DNA from: Selaginella moellendorffii
Lineage: Eukaryota; Plantae; Lycopodiophyta
Assembly: GCF_000143415.4 (NCBI RefSeq)
Contig: NW_003314308.1
Location: 558,001-622,000, forward strand
Length of the DNA stretch: 64,000 bases
Direction of reading: 5' to 3'
Position numbers and translations under genes: made by a program
Shown here: piece by piece, positions 39,424 to 52,500 of the stretch
Layout of the letters: the number at the start of each line of letters is the position of its first letter
How positions within the stretch are numbered: position 1 is the first letter of the stretch
The notes under the pieces: generated by a model
The model's input: only the letters and a program-made list of their open reading frames with translations
What the model was told of the DNA's origin: nothing
The model's database searches: none

Positions 39424-41205
39424 CTACTCTGCTGGCGGCGCCTCTTCACCCTCGCCTTCTACCTTCACAGGCTCTGGCGGCTTAGGAATGGGAGGAAGAT
39501 CACGCCTTTCCGGTCCGAGCCCTTCGAATTCCTTCATCACAGGTGGTGGTAATGGTGGGACGTAGTGTCTCAGCTTCCTTCCCCAGCCGATGTAGACGTT
39601 GCTAAAGCCAGTCGGAGTCACCACTGTGAAAGCACCAGGCCAGAGTATAGACCGCAACCCGATCACCTGGTGCTTGAGGTTCTTGTGAGTCGAGCTGGTT
39701 ATAAACGACCACTGCTTCCATCCTTCCATCAGCTCGGCGTCCGTGTCCACCGAAGTTAGCCGCTCCGGGATCACTTCGGTCTCCTCGGGACTGGGAGGCT
39801 TCTCTTCTTTCTCCTCGCCGCCACCTTCTTCGCCCTCTTCCTCCTTTTTCTCGGGAACGTAGAGAGTCGTCCGGCCTTGCAGGTTGAGGTACTGGTTCTT
39901 GTGTACCCAGTTTTCCAGTGTTTTCAGCTCGGCAAATCCTAGCGGGGCGTATTCCTCACTCTTTTCAAGGTTCCCACCGCCGGCTCCTCCCTCTTCAGCC
40001 TCAGCAACCTTCGCAACGAGGACCAAACCATCAGAGGTAAAACAGGTAGAAAGAAACTCCAACCTTGTAAAATCCTTTGATAGCAAGTTCTGTTGTGGCT
40101 GATATTCTTGCGATCTGTGCTCTCAGATAGTTCTCCTCGAGTCCAGGGAACACTGGAAACGCCGAAACTTCAGCCTGGATGCGTCACGGCGGAGTTTTCT
40201 CAAGAGCTCATGAAATCCAAGTAAGCAAATTTGCGAACTCTACAATATACCTTCAAGTCTCCAGTCAAGAACTTTTTTATCTGCCTCGCGGTCTTGATTT
40301 GCAGCGGTGTCACGTCTGGAAGCCTGTAAAACTCGGCGCCTGGCCGGCTACAAACCCAGTACGTGTGCGCATTCGGTCCAATTCCATTTTCTTTTGGAAT
40401 CGCTTCAACGCCATAGGAAGGGAGCTTTGCAGCTTCTTCCGGAGGTACGGGTTTACTAGTTGTCTCAAACACGTAGTAGTTGCTGCCAGATAAAAACTTC
40501 GCATCAACAGTTGGATAGAAAAGCGAGTGGAAATTCTTACCTCTTGATCCCGAAGAACTTGCCGAAGAACCTCATCTTTAGCACCATCTTCGTGCTCGCG
40601 AGCTGTCTCATCGCCAAGACAACTTGGTAGTTCTCGGCTCGGCCCAGCCCCATTCCAACGGCCTCGAAGAAGATCGAGTCGTAGAGGTAATTCTCTGCGC
40701 TATAGGCAGGATCATTTTCTTCTTTCGTTTCTTCTTCGTCACCATTTTGTTCCTCGGATTCCAGGGGGGGAGGCTTTCGATCCGGGTGACTGGAAAATCG
40801 AAAAGAGAAGTTTCACTCCTTGGAATCAAGGGAAAAAAAAGAAGAAAAACTTTACCAAGGATTTTGGTTTTGTAGTTGCCCCGGGAAGGATACCTCTGGA
40901 GGCTGATGAACTGCTTGACGAACTTCTCCTTTGCGTGGAATTTCCACGAGCGTGGAACTTTGGGGCCTTCCTCTGGAATAAATCTGGTCTGTTTGAGAAG
41001 CAAACTCAACTCCAAGAGATCCACAGCGCTATCCGGCTTTGTGGCAACAAGCTGCGCAAAGATAGATAACATTTGAAACTTCAACGAATGCTTGCTTGCT
41101 TACGAATTGGATGAGTTGCGATAGATGCGAGAACACCGAATCGCCATTCGTGGTGGATTTCTTCTGCAAGAACGCGACGCATTGTTCCGTCGTCATGTTT
41201 CCCAT
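39424..41205 (-). CDS. RSP4: Flagellar radial spoke head protein (RSP4/6, RSPH4A family)
   Basis: DSVFSHLSQLI, RFFGKFFGIK, LPDVTPLQIKTARQIKKFLTGDL, FPGLEENYLRAQIARISATT, LENWVH, LRSILWPGA and NVYIGWGRK. Confidence 0.92.
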
Positions 41206-41392
41206 CGCCAAGAACCCTAAGAAACAGTTTTCCCCTAAACCTCTTTATCCTCTTCCAGATCCAACGGCGGCAATTCCACGCGGCAAAAACCAACGGCCCA
41301 GATCCGACTAGACGAGCGAATATTTTTATTTTTGACGTGTAAGCGTGGGAGACAAGGAAGAGAACCGCGAAGAGAATCCATCGATAGATCGA

Positions 41393-41779
41393 TCAATCCC
41401 TCTTCACACTGATCTGCTTGTTGGTCTTCTCCAGATCCACAAGGATGTGCGTGACGCGGTACGAGAACCAATAGAGCAGAATCGCGAAAACCCCAAGTAT
41501 GCCATTGCGCTGGCTCTTCATCACCGATTTGGCGTAGTGCTCGCGATCCATCGCCGTGCAGCTCCCCGCCTGGCACTGGATCCTATTCTCATACTTCATG
41601 TAGACGTCGAGGAGGAGGAATCCTGCGAAGGGAAGAACCGCCAATAGAGGGCGGAGGATGCTGCTCGAGACGCCGATGATGCTACTCCGGAATTTCGCCG
41701 GCCATGGGAACGTCAAGAAGAGCAGCAGTAGCGACTCCGCGGCCACGACAATCATCAATCCCGCCCATTCCAGCGCCAT
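41393..41779 (-). CDS. BAP29/BAP31-like ER membrane protein (intronless, 128 aa)
   Basis: MALEW...AESLLLLFLTFP, LPFAGFLLLDVYMKYE and KSVMKSQRN, with three hydrophobic helices. Confidence 0.85.
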   Translation of the reverse strand: MALEWAGLMIVVAAESLLLLFLTFPWPAKFRSSIIGVSSSILRPLLAVLPFAGFLLLDVYMKYENRIQCQAGSCTAMDREHYAKSVMKSQRNGILGVFAILLYWFSYRVTHILVDLEKTNKQISVKRD

Positions 41780-42004
41780 CGAAGAAACCCTAGCTCTCAC
41801 TCCAGCCAAGAACCCTAGATTTAAACAGCAGCAAGGATATACCTCGCTTTGCTAACGGTATCAAAGAGCGGACGGCCCGGATCGCGCCACGTGAAATCAT
41901 TATCTTTTGTCAATGCGAGCTTCGCGAGGGAAAGAGAAAGAGAGAGAGATGCCAAGGTTTTCTTTCCTCCTCGTTTTCTCTGCGATGGTAATCGATTAGC
42001 GGCA
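41780..42004. promoter_or_regulatory. Short divergent promoter region between the BAP31-like gene and EGY1
   Basis: 225 bp between head-to-head ATGs. Contains a G-box GCCACGTG (about 41886), telo-box-like AAACCCTA (about 41785) and a GA-rich run. Confidence 0.5.
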
Positions 42005-44334
42005 ATGGCGATGGCGATGGAGCGCCTGGGCACGCTCAACACGACGGCTCCCACAGGGTGCGTTGCCCTCTTCTCGGATGCCTCGATTAGGTCACGCAGG
42101 TCCTCCATCACCAAATCTTCGCGGTGTAGGGGAATTAGGCTAGAATGTGGCAGGCTGCGAATCGGGAGGAGGAATTTTCACGTAGTCAAGTGTGAGAGTG
42201 GTCCAGACGATGGAGAAAAGGATGGAAAGAATGGAAAATCGTCGGCTTCCACTGCTACTGAAGATGGAGAGGACGAGACCAAGCCAAGTTCTTCGTCACA
42301 TCAACCGGTAAGCCTTCCAATCATTTTTTCTTTCGAAAGTTCCTGCTAGCTCGCTTGGCTGGTCTTAGAAGAATTTTCTTGTCGATGAGATTCTTTGCTC
42401 CTTTCGTTTTTCTTCTTTCTTCTTTGATCTTTGCGTTCTTTCTTTCTTTTTCAGTTTGCACCAGCTAGCGAGCTTCTTCTGAATGAATTTTCTTGTTTTG
42501 TGTGCATGCCATAGCCACAAAATGGCTTCCAACAAGCAGGGCCTAAGACTGTTCAGCTTGATGCCTTCAGATTCATGGAGCTGGTCGGTCCAGAGAAAGT
42601 CGATCCAGAAGACGTGAAGCTGCTCAAAGACAAGGTTTTTGGCTACACGACCTTCTGGGTGACGGGCCAGGAGCCTTTCGGAGTTCTTGGCGAAGGCATT
42701 CTCTTCCTCGGAAACCTTCGAGGACAGCGAGAAGAGGTCTTTGCGAAGCTCCAAAAGGGTGTCCGTGAGCTGATCGGCAACAAGTACGATCTCTTCATGG
42801 TTGAAGAGCCAAACTCTGAAGAACCAGATCCTCGGGGAGGTCCTCGAGTGAGTTTTCTACTGCTTAGGAAGGAGGCCTCGGATGCCGGACGGACGGGCCT
42901 CTGGCAGTACGTCGTCGCTGCGGTCCTCTTTTTTATCACGGCTGGTGCTTGTCTTCAGCTTGGATTTGCCACACAGGTACTTTTCATCTCTCCTGGAAGT
43001 TATTCATACCTTTTTTTTTTCTTCTTCTTTTTGCAGTTGCAGGTTTCAAAGCTTCCACCCGAGATAGTCCAGTACTTCACAAATCCTGAATCCACGGAGC
43101 CACCGGATTTAGATCTTCTAGTGCCTTATGTGGAGTCAGCTCTTCCGCTCGCATATGGAGTTTTTGGCGTGCAACTGTTTCATGTAAGCTCCTCGGAATC
43201 CGAGTTATCTGCTCTTTCTAATGTTTTTGTTTCAGGAGATTGGACATAGATTAGCTGCAGCACCTTTAGGTGTGAAGCTGGGAATTCCTTACTTCATTCC
43301 AAATATTACTCTTGGCAGCTTCGGTGCTATCACGCAGGTTAGCACCACAAAAAAAACTGAAAAATCCAGTGCTTGGAGAAGTAACCTTTTCTTTTCCTGC
43401 ATCATGCAGTTCAAATCTATATGCCCAGACCGGAAAGCAAAATTTGACGTTTCCATGGCAGGCCCATTGGCTGGAGGATTTCTCTCGGTTGCAATGGTGG
43501 GAGTCGGCCTTTTGCTCTCGGCAAAAGGAGCGCCTGAAGGTACACTTGTGCAAGTTCCCAGTGTTGTCTTCCAAGGCTCTTTTCTCTTGGGACTCGTCGC
43601 CAGGGCCGCTCTAGGATACGAGTAAGCTTTTGGTCTTCGTAATCTGTGCGTTTGTTTTGATGAAGCTCTGTGTGGAATTTTCCAATGCAGTGTATTGCAC
43701 GCGGGAACTGTTGCAGTGCATCCGCTGGTAATAGCTGGCTGGTAAGAGGATGTCACCATTGTCTTTGAAAAGCTCTTAGAAGTTCCGTGTGCTTGTTTCC
43801 TCCCAGGTGTGGGCTAACGACGACAGCATTCAACTTGCTTCCAGTGGGATGTATCGACGGAGGAAGAGCACTCCAGGTTTGTAATTCACTCAAAATCGAA
43901 CTCTTGACCATGACTCTGAGTGAGTGCATACAGGCCGCATTCGGGAGTAAGGTGTTGAATATCACTGGCTTGATCACTTATGTGCTACTCGGACTGGGAG
44001 TGGTAATCATAGAAACGTTTAAGACTTTCTTTTCACTAAACTTTCACGCAGTTGGGAGGTCCACTGTCTTTGCCGTGGGGTTTGTACATTATCATCGTCC
44101 AGGTATGTCGGTTCTTTCGTTTCTTAGAGAGTTCTTACTGTGTGTTTTCTGATACAGAGATCGTCCGAGAAGGCCTGCCTCAACGACGTTACTGGTGTTG
44201 GCACTTGGAGGCAAATCGTCTATGCTGTGGCACTAGTGTTTGTCGTTTTGACGCTCTTGCCGTTGTGGGATGGCTTGGCCACCCAGCTTGGCATTGGCAT
44301 TGGAACCCCAGACTCACTCGATCTATTTATGTGA
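42005..44334 (+). CDS. EGY1: Chloroplast intramembrane M50 metalloprotease EGY1
   Basis: Transit peptide, MELVGPEKVDPEDVKLLKDKVFGYTTFWVT, FLGNLRG, zinc motif H|EIGH split by an intron, FDVSMAGPLAG, NLLPVGCIDGGRA and EKACLNDVT. Confidence 0.95.
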
Positions 44335-44699
44335 AAGCTTCCAGGAGAAACGATGGTTTTTTTTTTCTTTCCATTTCGCGGCAGGAAACAATTTTTCTAA
44401 CATTCGTTGACAGAGACCTGTGTGACGAGATTGTGGTACAAGAAAATGACGTGCTTGCAACTCTGGACCTGCCGATTTTGAACTCTTTTTTGGAAATCAA
44501 AACAATTTCCATTCCTATTGTCACCTTGTATGTTTTTCCATTGTTGTTTAGGAAAACATCCTCCTTTCAGAATTCTTGCCTTCATCAAAATAGCACTCTG
44601 CAACCTTTTCTGAATGTGAAAAGAGAAACCTTCCTTGGCTGAACTCTTATCCCATTATGTGGGCTGTAGGGCTGTTGGACACGAAAAACCCTTGCATCA

Positions 44700-47319
44700 T
44701 GAATGTCCATGATAAAGTATGTGGAGCATGAGTGGTTTAAAGGAATGTTAGGACATTGTTAGAAACGTGGATATCACTCCTTAGCAGAATGTGTCTGAAA
44801 CACTCGAGAGTATAAACTACTGCCATTGCCTCTTTTTCCACCTTGAGAAACTAGACTATTTGAACGAGTGAGAGGTGAAGTATCTTATGTGTGGAGGCTC
44901 AATTCGATCTTGATGTTTGGCAAAAGAGCATTGTTGAATCATCACATCTTTTGCTTCACTATTTCTTGATGAAGTTACACGCTAGAGATCTATCACATGC
45001 TGCCATAAGTCATGGAGGTTGTCCCTATGAACCTGGTAGATGCCATTAAGTTGCCAGACCACTAATTGAGAATCCCCACAAAGGAAACTTGTTAGATTTG
45101 GTGAGGGAGCTCCATTGCTGTGATTGCAGCCAAGTACTCTTGCATTATTAGCAATGTTGCTGGTAATATGGTGGCAATGTGAGTAACATTTTTGTCTTCT
45201 GCATCATGTATCCAAACACCAACCCCCACAACTTGGTTCTTGGGGCAGAATGCACCATCAAAGTAAGCTGTGAACTCAGGCATATCCTGGCCCTCAAATA
45301 AAGGGGTCAGGACCTTGGTTCACATTCAGTAAAAGTAGGGGATGTGAATGAGGTGGTGTCTCTCTTTGCTTCTTCCCTCATTGCATGCAGGATGTCCAAT
45401 TGATGGTAGATCCTCAGTGTACACCTCATTCTTGGAATTGACAAAGATTTGAGCCCATTTTGTTGTCTTTGTAGCTAGTGGACTCATGTTTTCTGATCAT
45501 CCACGTCCTGATTCACGTGCAGTGCATCTAGAGACTGGATCAGGGTTGTAGAAAGTGCAGTGGGAGTCTCCTCAAATGATGGAGTGATTGACAAAACAGT
45601 AGAAGAAGTTGCCACTGTTTTGGCTTCATCATTGCACTGCTCCAGCAAAGGTGGCGAGCCAGATGCACTGATTTCCCAAAGCTTATAAGGTTCTGAACCT
45701 GTGGTGGAGAAGTCTAGTGTAGTGGTGGTCCAGTCTGCATGAAAGAATCCACCATATTGCACTCGACCACCCTGATTTCTGATAGCAACTCATCTTCATT
45801 AAGCTTTAGGAAAAGAACCTTCAAAGCTTGATTGAGCTCAGAGTTGCAGGTGACAGCCACTTTAGATGAAGATAGAAGCAAGGACTTGCCATGACCATCA
45901 AGCAAAGTTGCTTTTTGAATGTTGTTAGTGATTGTTGACTTGTTTTTAGACCATGTTGTCATGCAAGTAGCTGTAATGTGCCATGGCCCATCCTAGAATG
46001 GAGTCCTTCAAGATTCTATATCCTAGCTACTAGAAATCCACCATAAGAAAATCGAGCATTGAAACCACTTCTTACACCAAGATCTTGACATTGTACTAAA
46101 TGCTCACAGGAACCATTAAGTGATGGGCAAATGTTTTGAGGATGATGGTTGTGTTACTATCCATTTCCAAGCCATTAGAGTGTGCCAAGTCAAGAGAGAT
46201 GATATTGCTCTAAAATCCTGAATCAAGTATCACTTGGAAGAGTTTTTTATCTGGACCTCTACAAAGAATGCCCCTGGATTGTGAGTAGTCTAAGTGTTGA
46301 CTATTTGCACATCATGCTGAGATGCCATAGGGAAGCCTGTGGACCTTGCAAATGCCTCCAGCTGGGAGCCAAAACTAGGAATGCATCATGCAAGTTCACT
46401 AAGTGTTATCTTGACTGATGTACTAGCAAATTTGAAATTGTGGCCAAGGATGTGGGTGGATCACAAGTACTGAAACATGCGATCCACATGAGTAACTTGC
46501 ACACCACAAGAGATGGTGAAGTTTTGAAATTGGTGCTAGATCCTATTTATCACTAATGTTTGGGGTAGAAAACTTTCTTGCACCTTCTAGTCATAGCAGG
46601 CATCTTATAGCCATTTTTAGCAATGTAAACTAGGTGTCTTCTTGTGGCTCAATAAAGGAGTGTTTTTTATTGCTTTCTACTCTAGTTATTACTGATATCT
46701 TGGTCTCTTGGCCTATTATAAGTGGTATGCTCTAAACTCCTCAAGTAGCTTTTCTTGCATTTATTGTTGGTGCTAAATGATCTCCTTATATCCCATAAGC
46801 TTTAGCAACACCTTCTTGATTGCTAGAGGAACTTTATCATCATTGGGCAGGGCTAGAGAAGAATGGCCCACAATAGTTTATAAGCTTTCTTTAATCACAC
46901 TCTAGAGTCTTTATTGCAATGAATGCCTTACATTACATTTGAATATCTTGCTTAAGCATTTTATATTAAAGATTTCCTTTGAGGCCAAAGATGAACAAGG
47001 TGATGCTATGAGGCTCATTTGTGATGACTTTGTTTTGGACACACTCTTTCCCATAAAATCTAAATTGCATCACATACTCTAGCACAAATTTGCATACTCC
47101 TTACCAAAAAGTGAATAAATCTATGAGTAAGCGATTCACTAGTTGAAGTGACCTTAGAAAGATGCCTTAAACATGTATTAGTCAGCCATATTTGCCTTCA
47201 AAAGAGTCTCTAACTATGTTGCTACTTGGTTAGTGAGTGATCTTGAGAAGTTATGAAGCTTATGATCATCCTTGACAATACCATTTGACACACAATATTG
47301 CTCGAAATGATTGACATAT
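44700..47319 (-). mobile_element. Old degenerate Ty3/gypsy with an extra RNase HI (Tat-like); gag continues at 63921-64000
   Basis: Minus-strand order is gag (YVNHFEQYCVSNGIVKDDHKL), protease remnant (VI..GSSTNF at about 46540), extra RNase HI (AYFDGAF...QEYLA...GDSQLVVWQLNGIYQV, 45283-45020), then retro RNase H (SQVEKEAMAVVYTLECFRHILL at about 44830). Confidence 0.75.
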
Positions 47320-48019
47320 TGTGATATACAAGTCCCTAAGCCCCAAAGTGGAGTAAAAAGGGTGCCACGTGGTAGTAGCTGAAGTGGAAGTCAAACGAGC
47401 ATAACATATTTGGATTAAAAGCTCCGTTTTGGACAGTCGAGAGTGGGAGTGAAACTCCCAACGAAGTATTCAAAGAATAAGCACGAAGTAAGCAGTAAGT
47501 GAGTCTTTAGAAAAGGGACACAAGAGGACCAATACATGACATATGGAAGTGTTGAGATGGAATCTAAGATGGAGTCCGATAAGGAGTCCAAGATGAACCC
47601 AAGATAGAGTCTGAGATGGAGTCCGAAATGGTGTCCGAGAAGGAGTTCGATATGGACCTGAGATGGAGTTTGATATGAACCTGAGATGGACCCGAGATAG
47701 AGTCCAAGATGTAATCTAAAATAGAGTCTGAGATAGAGCTGAGATGGAGTCTAAGATGGACTCGAGATGGAGTCTGAGATGGACCTGAGATAGAGCCCGA
47801 GATGGAGCCCAAGGTCGATGTGAGACACAAAATCCCTAGGCCCCAAAGTGGAGCCGGAAGGGCGCCACATGGTAGTGGCCGAAGTGAGAGCCAAACGAGC
47901 GTAACACGTTTGGACCAAAAGTTCCGACTTGAAAAGTCAAGAGTGGGAGTGGAACTCCCAACGAAGTGCTCGAGGAACGAGCACGAAGCGAGCAAAAGGC
48001 GAGGCTCCAAAAAGGGACC

Positions 48020-48505
48020 CGAGTTGGAGTCCGAAGTGGAGTCAGAGGTGGACCCGAGATGGACCCAAGTTGGAGTCCGAAGTGGAGTCCGAGATGGACC
48101 CGAGATGGAGTCCGAGATGGAGTCCGAGGTGGACCCAAGATGGACCCGACATGGAGTCCGAGATGGAGTCCGAGATGGACCCGAGATGGAGTCCGAGATG
48201 GAGTCCGAGATGGACCTGAGATGGAGTCCGAGATGGAGTCCGAGATGGAGTCCGAGATGGAGTCCGAGGTGGACCCGAGGTGGACCCGAAATGGAGTCCG
48301 AGATGGACCCGAGATGGAGTCCGAGATGGAGTCCGAGATGGAGTCCGAGATGGAGTCCGAAGTCGAGACCGAGACCGGGACCGAGACCGAGACCGAGATC
48401 GAGACCGAGATCGGGACCGAGACCGAGACCGAGGCCGAGGCCGAGACCGAGCCCGAGCCCGAGTCCGAGTCCGAATCCGAATCCGAGTCCGAGTCCGAGT
48501 CCGGA
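48020..48505. repeat. Minisatellite inside LTR A: 12-mer (CCGAGATGGAGT / CCGAGATGGAC) followed by 6-mer CCGAGN; also at about 53830-54330 and 59655-60140
   Basis: The tandem repeats are directly visible. LTR B carries one extra 12-mer (1702 bp versus 1690 bp). Confidence 0.95.
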
Positions 48506-49511
48506 GCCTGAGAGGGTGAAAGCCCAAAGCATTCGTCTCCCAGACCCTGGGGGGTTTGGTGAGCTCCAAAAGTATAGTAGGGGGAGGACTGCAGTGGAGC
48601 CAGTTTGGCCAGGAAAGGCCAGTTTGGCCCAGGAAGGCCGGACCCAGTGTTGGGTGATGAGCTGCCCACTGGGAAGTCCAAGACTAGAGTGAACACGGAC
48701 CGACAAGTGGGGTAGCTTGGTGAAGTGTTCAAGAGCCGGCTCTAGTTCCCCCGGGAGATCGACTGGCCGATGCTCCCAGTCCAAGTGTGGGTGGCACTAC
48801 CTACTTGGATACCTGGTGTGGCTCAACGGAACCTCGCTCTAAGCCCATGGCTAGAGCACCTAAAGACGAAAGGCGGGGAGAGTACCCACGAGGCTTGCGT
48901 AAGGCCACGGTGTTTCGAAATGGTGTCCCAAAGTCCCAGACTGTGGAAAGGAAGAGGGGTAGCCCTCCGGTGTGGTGACCAAGGACACAGTCACATAGTG
49001 AGGAAGTCCTAGAGGATAGTGGGACTTAGTGGTCGGGCCGGTGGGCCTCGATCTAGTGGCAGTGTTGGCGAACACAGCCAAGGACAGAAAGGGACTTGGT
49101 GGGGACCGGAACAGAGATATTGGGGAAGGCTATTCCCCATGTCTGTAGGTATCCTAAGGATGTTAAGGAGTGGATCTGGGATGACCACTCATGGACGGAT
49201 GACCCAGTCTTTGAGAGACGGGATTGGAATGTAGGTGGTGTTGGACCACCAGTGTGACCAAGGTAAATGGGCATGGCCTTAGCGTAACGGGCCGATATGT
49301 CGGTGGCACCTTGGGGTGTCGATCATGGGATCGGACACGTGGAGCACTTGGACCAAGTGCTAAGGTTGAGTGGCATGGATGCCATTCTCGGGGCTAGCAA
49401 GCCCCAAGTCCTGAGTTGGGCTTATGGAGGTTGTGAATGAGACTCCTCCAAGTGGTCGGAGGTGTGGTTAAGTGACTAAAGTAGAATGGAAAAATTTAGT
49501 CGCTTACAATT

Positions 49512-49523
49512 TGGTATCGGAGC
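49512..49523 (+). other. Primer binding site (initiator tRNA-Met type) of the tandem element
   Basis: TGGTATCGGAGC lies 3 nt after the LTR end, one mismatch from canonical TGGTATCAGAGC. It recurs after LTR B. Confidence 0.85.
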
Positions 49524-52500
49524 TGTTCCTTAGTCTAACTTTTATTGGTGCTCAAGTATATCACCACTGGTGTTGGCAACGGAAGGTCTGAGAAGTGGGC
49601 CTACCCTTGAGGAGTAGCAGGTCGGGAAGATATGGCTCTCCATTACAGTTCATGTGTGAACTTGTAGACAAGGTGGTGGATAGAAAAGGGCCAATAATAG
49701 AACGACTTTGGGATCTTGGGAACAGTATATGGTTTTCCTCAAAGAGTTGAGGATGTGATCCAGATGAGCGTTTGACTTAGCAAACTGGCTAATGTAGTTG
49801 TGGTAAACAACTACAGTTGGGATCACGGGAAAGATAAAGACTCCAAAGCAATAAAGGAGTCACAAGATTTTCCTCATATAGTTGAGGTTGGTCCTCATGA
49901 ATGTGAGACCAGAAGTAATGACCGTGGGAGGTCAAATACAGAAGAGGACTCAAGTCCTTGAAAAGGTGGCCGGGGCTACCTCTAATAAATGCTGGAACAA
50001 CCCAAGGAGTTGGGGGTGTATTAAGTGGATGAGTTAGTGTTCTCATCACATGGACAAGTAGTCCTAAGGGGCAAAGGTTGCCCCCAGAGAACAAAATCAA
50101 GTGTCGGAATAACACTTGTGAAAATAGTCCTTTTGAGTAGGACAGGAATGCAAGAAGTGTATTCCAGTGAGCTAGTGCCTCACAAGTAGGACCTTACGGG
50201 TCTGTGGATTAACCAAGTCCAAAACTGCTGGATGACTCAAGTAGAGTCAACGGATGGTCCTAAAAGGACTGATGGAAGCATTTGGACTGAGGTGTGTTGT
50301 ACCCCACAAAGGATGGGGGGGGATCATAGGATCCAAGGATGAGAACAGAGGGTATCTCATCGATGGCAAAATGTGCCATGCTAAAGTTATAGGAAAGGTG
50401 TTCCCAGAAGAAAACAACTTTGACATAAAGTTGTGTGTGACCTCTATGGTGTAGTGCTAACGGATGGTTGGCATGAGAAAGAGCGGTGTTGGTCTTGGCA
50501 AAGACTTAGACACGAAGGGGAAATGTCATAGAGGTAGGCTCGTGGAGCCGATGGTGTGGAGACACCAAATGTGCCAAGGTGTGATACCTTGAGGCTATGT
50601 TGGTGGGTTCATGAGAACCCCTTGCCAAAGGAATCCCAATGGAAATGGGAATAGCATAGCCTAAGCTGCAGAGCATGCAGTTGGAGTGTGGTGACCCAGA
50701 TAATGATGGAGGTGTGAAAGCACCAAGCAATGAGTTGTAGGACTTGACAACTATGAGGCAACTAAGCAAGAGGTGCAAAATAACTGGTTAAACGGGTAGA
50801 AGGTAGCTACCCAAGACTTTTTAATAGCATAGGGAAGTTGGATATACCTTTACGGGGGATAAGTTGCTTGTGTTGCGATATAGTAAGTCAATGTCATAAA
50901 AGGAAATACTCATTGTCAAGAAAGCCATCATTGGGACACCCGAACACTCTAGAACACCAGAAGGTGGTGTTTGACGTCGCGAAGGCAATGGATAAAGCCC
51001 AAGGGACTAAGTCCCTAGCGAATGATGGATAGAAGGTGCTATCCAAATGTCCAAGGTTGCGGAGACAGGAGAGGACTGTTTACCCGAGTTGGACAAAGCC
51101 AAAAATGGAATTTTGGCAAGGCTAGTGATGGGCATATAAAGGCCCATAAGCAACAATGTAATCCCAGTGTGTGGGATTATAAGGTGAGCATATCCGGATT
51201 GAGGAACCACTCCCTAGGCTATTGGGTAGGTTCATCCCTAAGAATACTTGCTAAAGCATGATAGAAAGTGCAAAGCTATCCTCCTGGTCTGGAGGAGAAT
51301 GACTAAAGGAAAGGTGTGAAGCCAAAAAGCAAGAAGTAAGGGGATAGAACCGAACCGTAGGAATCAAAGGGCATAACCAAGGTTGGTTATGCCAGCTGGG
51401 AGTGGAGAATCAAGTGGGGGCTTGAGGGTGTTGCCGCTAGCAACCGTGATGCCATGGAGAGTCTAAAATATGGAATTGTCCATGTTAGACTATGTGGCAT
51501 TTGGAAGGCTTGCAAAAAGGGAGGCCTTAGCAAGCTGAGGGACAGAGTTCCTTCAAGGTTCCCAAAGACGATTCTAGGTAGCTTAGTACCTAGAAAGGCC
51601 AAGTGTAAATGGTTCATGGAACGCGCGAAATCAGAGTGGCGCAGCAGAAGCGTGGTCTTGAAGCTTGCCATGAGGCAAGGCTATCAAGGTTAGGGAAGTA
51701 GTTCCCGAGTGTTCAAGGAGAGGGCTTTGAACGAAAGTCGATGGTCAAGGACTTTCACGCTTATGCAGGAACCATGTTACAGTGGTCGGAGGACTTGCCA
51801 AGCGAGATTGGCACGTCGGGGGAACAAATACCCTAGTTGAAGGTGATAACTTCAAAAAGGGTGGGCCATGGGGCCGAGCATGGAGGAGTCCATGCATAAT
51901 CACAGACTTGTCAAGTGAGAGGACTTGGCAGTGTGGAGGAACTAGGTTCCTAAGCTGTGATCTGTAGCGCGCTTTAAAAATAAGTTGGTGCACCGGCGTG
52001 GGGAGTCACGCCAGGCATCTTGTGTGATGCCGTCCGTAGATGCATATACGGAGGTTGGGTTCGAGTCCCGACCCTCTAGTGCTTGGGTTCGAGTCCCAAA
52101 TCACTAGGGCGTGGTGATGGTTTGGAATATGAGGACACTCATATTTTGGTGGTCATGGACTCTCAGTGGGGAGACTGGTTTGGGCACACCGCCAAGCGAG
52201 GGATGCCTCGGAGTCGTGATGCACGGTTAGATTGCTTAGTGTGAAAGCTCAGCATATCTAACTTGAACACTTTGGTGCAAGTGGCACCAAGGTCGTGGTG
52301 AGTGAGATGGGGACACCTAATCTCAGTTGCTATGAACCCTTGGCCGTAAGGGCTAGCTTGGGTGCACCGCCAAGTGTGGGGGATGCCCTCGGGGTTATAA
52401 GCAACAACTTGGAGGTCTAGAAGACCAAGTACCTCTTGGCAACTCTGTTAAGGTGCCAAGGTGAAATCACTAGGTGATCTTATGGCCAGATAAGGACAAG

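Noticed and set aside
48360-48430. The LTR hexamer array encodes RDRDRD, like the U1-70K tail at 33590-33870
   Set aside because: This is low-complexity convergence. There is no flanking homology to suggest gene capture.
48020-48505. Regular repeats that could suggest a CRISPR array
   Set aside because: There are no unique spacers and no cas genes, and the context is eukaryotic.
47564-48784. Long ORFs in all six frames (GL, SD, RD, RS, PR and ESEM repeats), repeated at 53567-54607 and 59391-60419
   Set aside because: They arise because the 6- and 12-bp LTR minisatellite lacks stop codons. They lie inside LTRs and have no domain signature.
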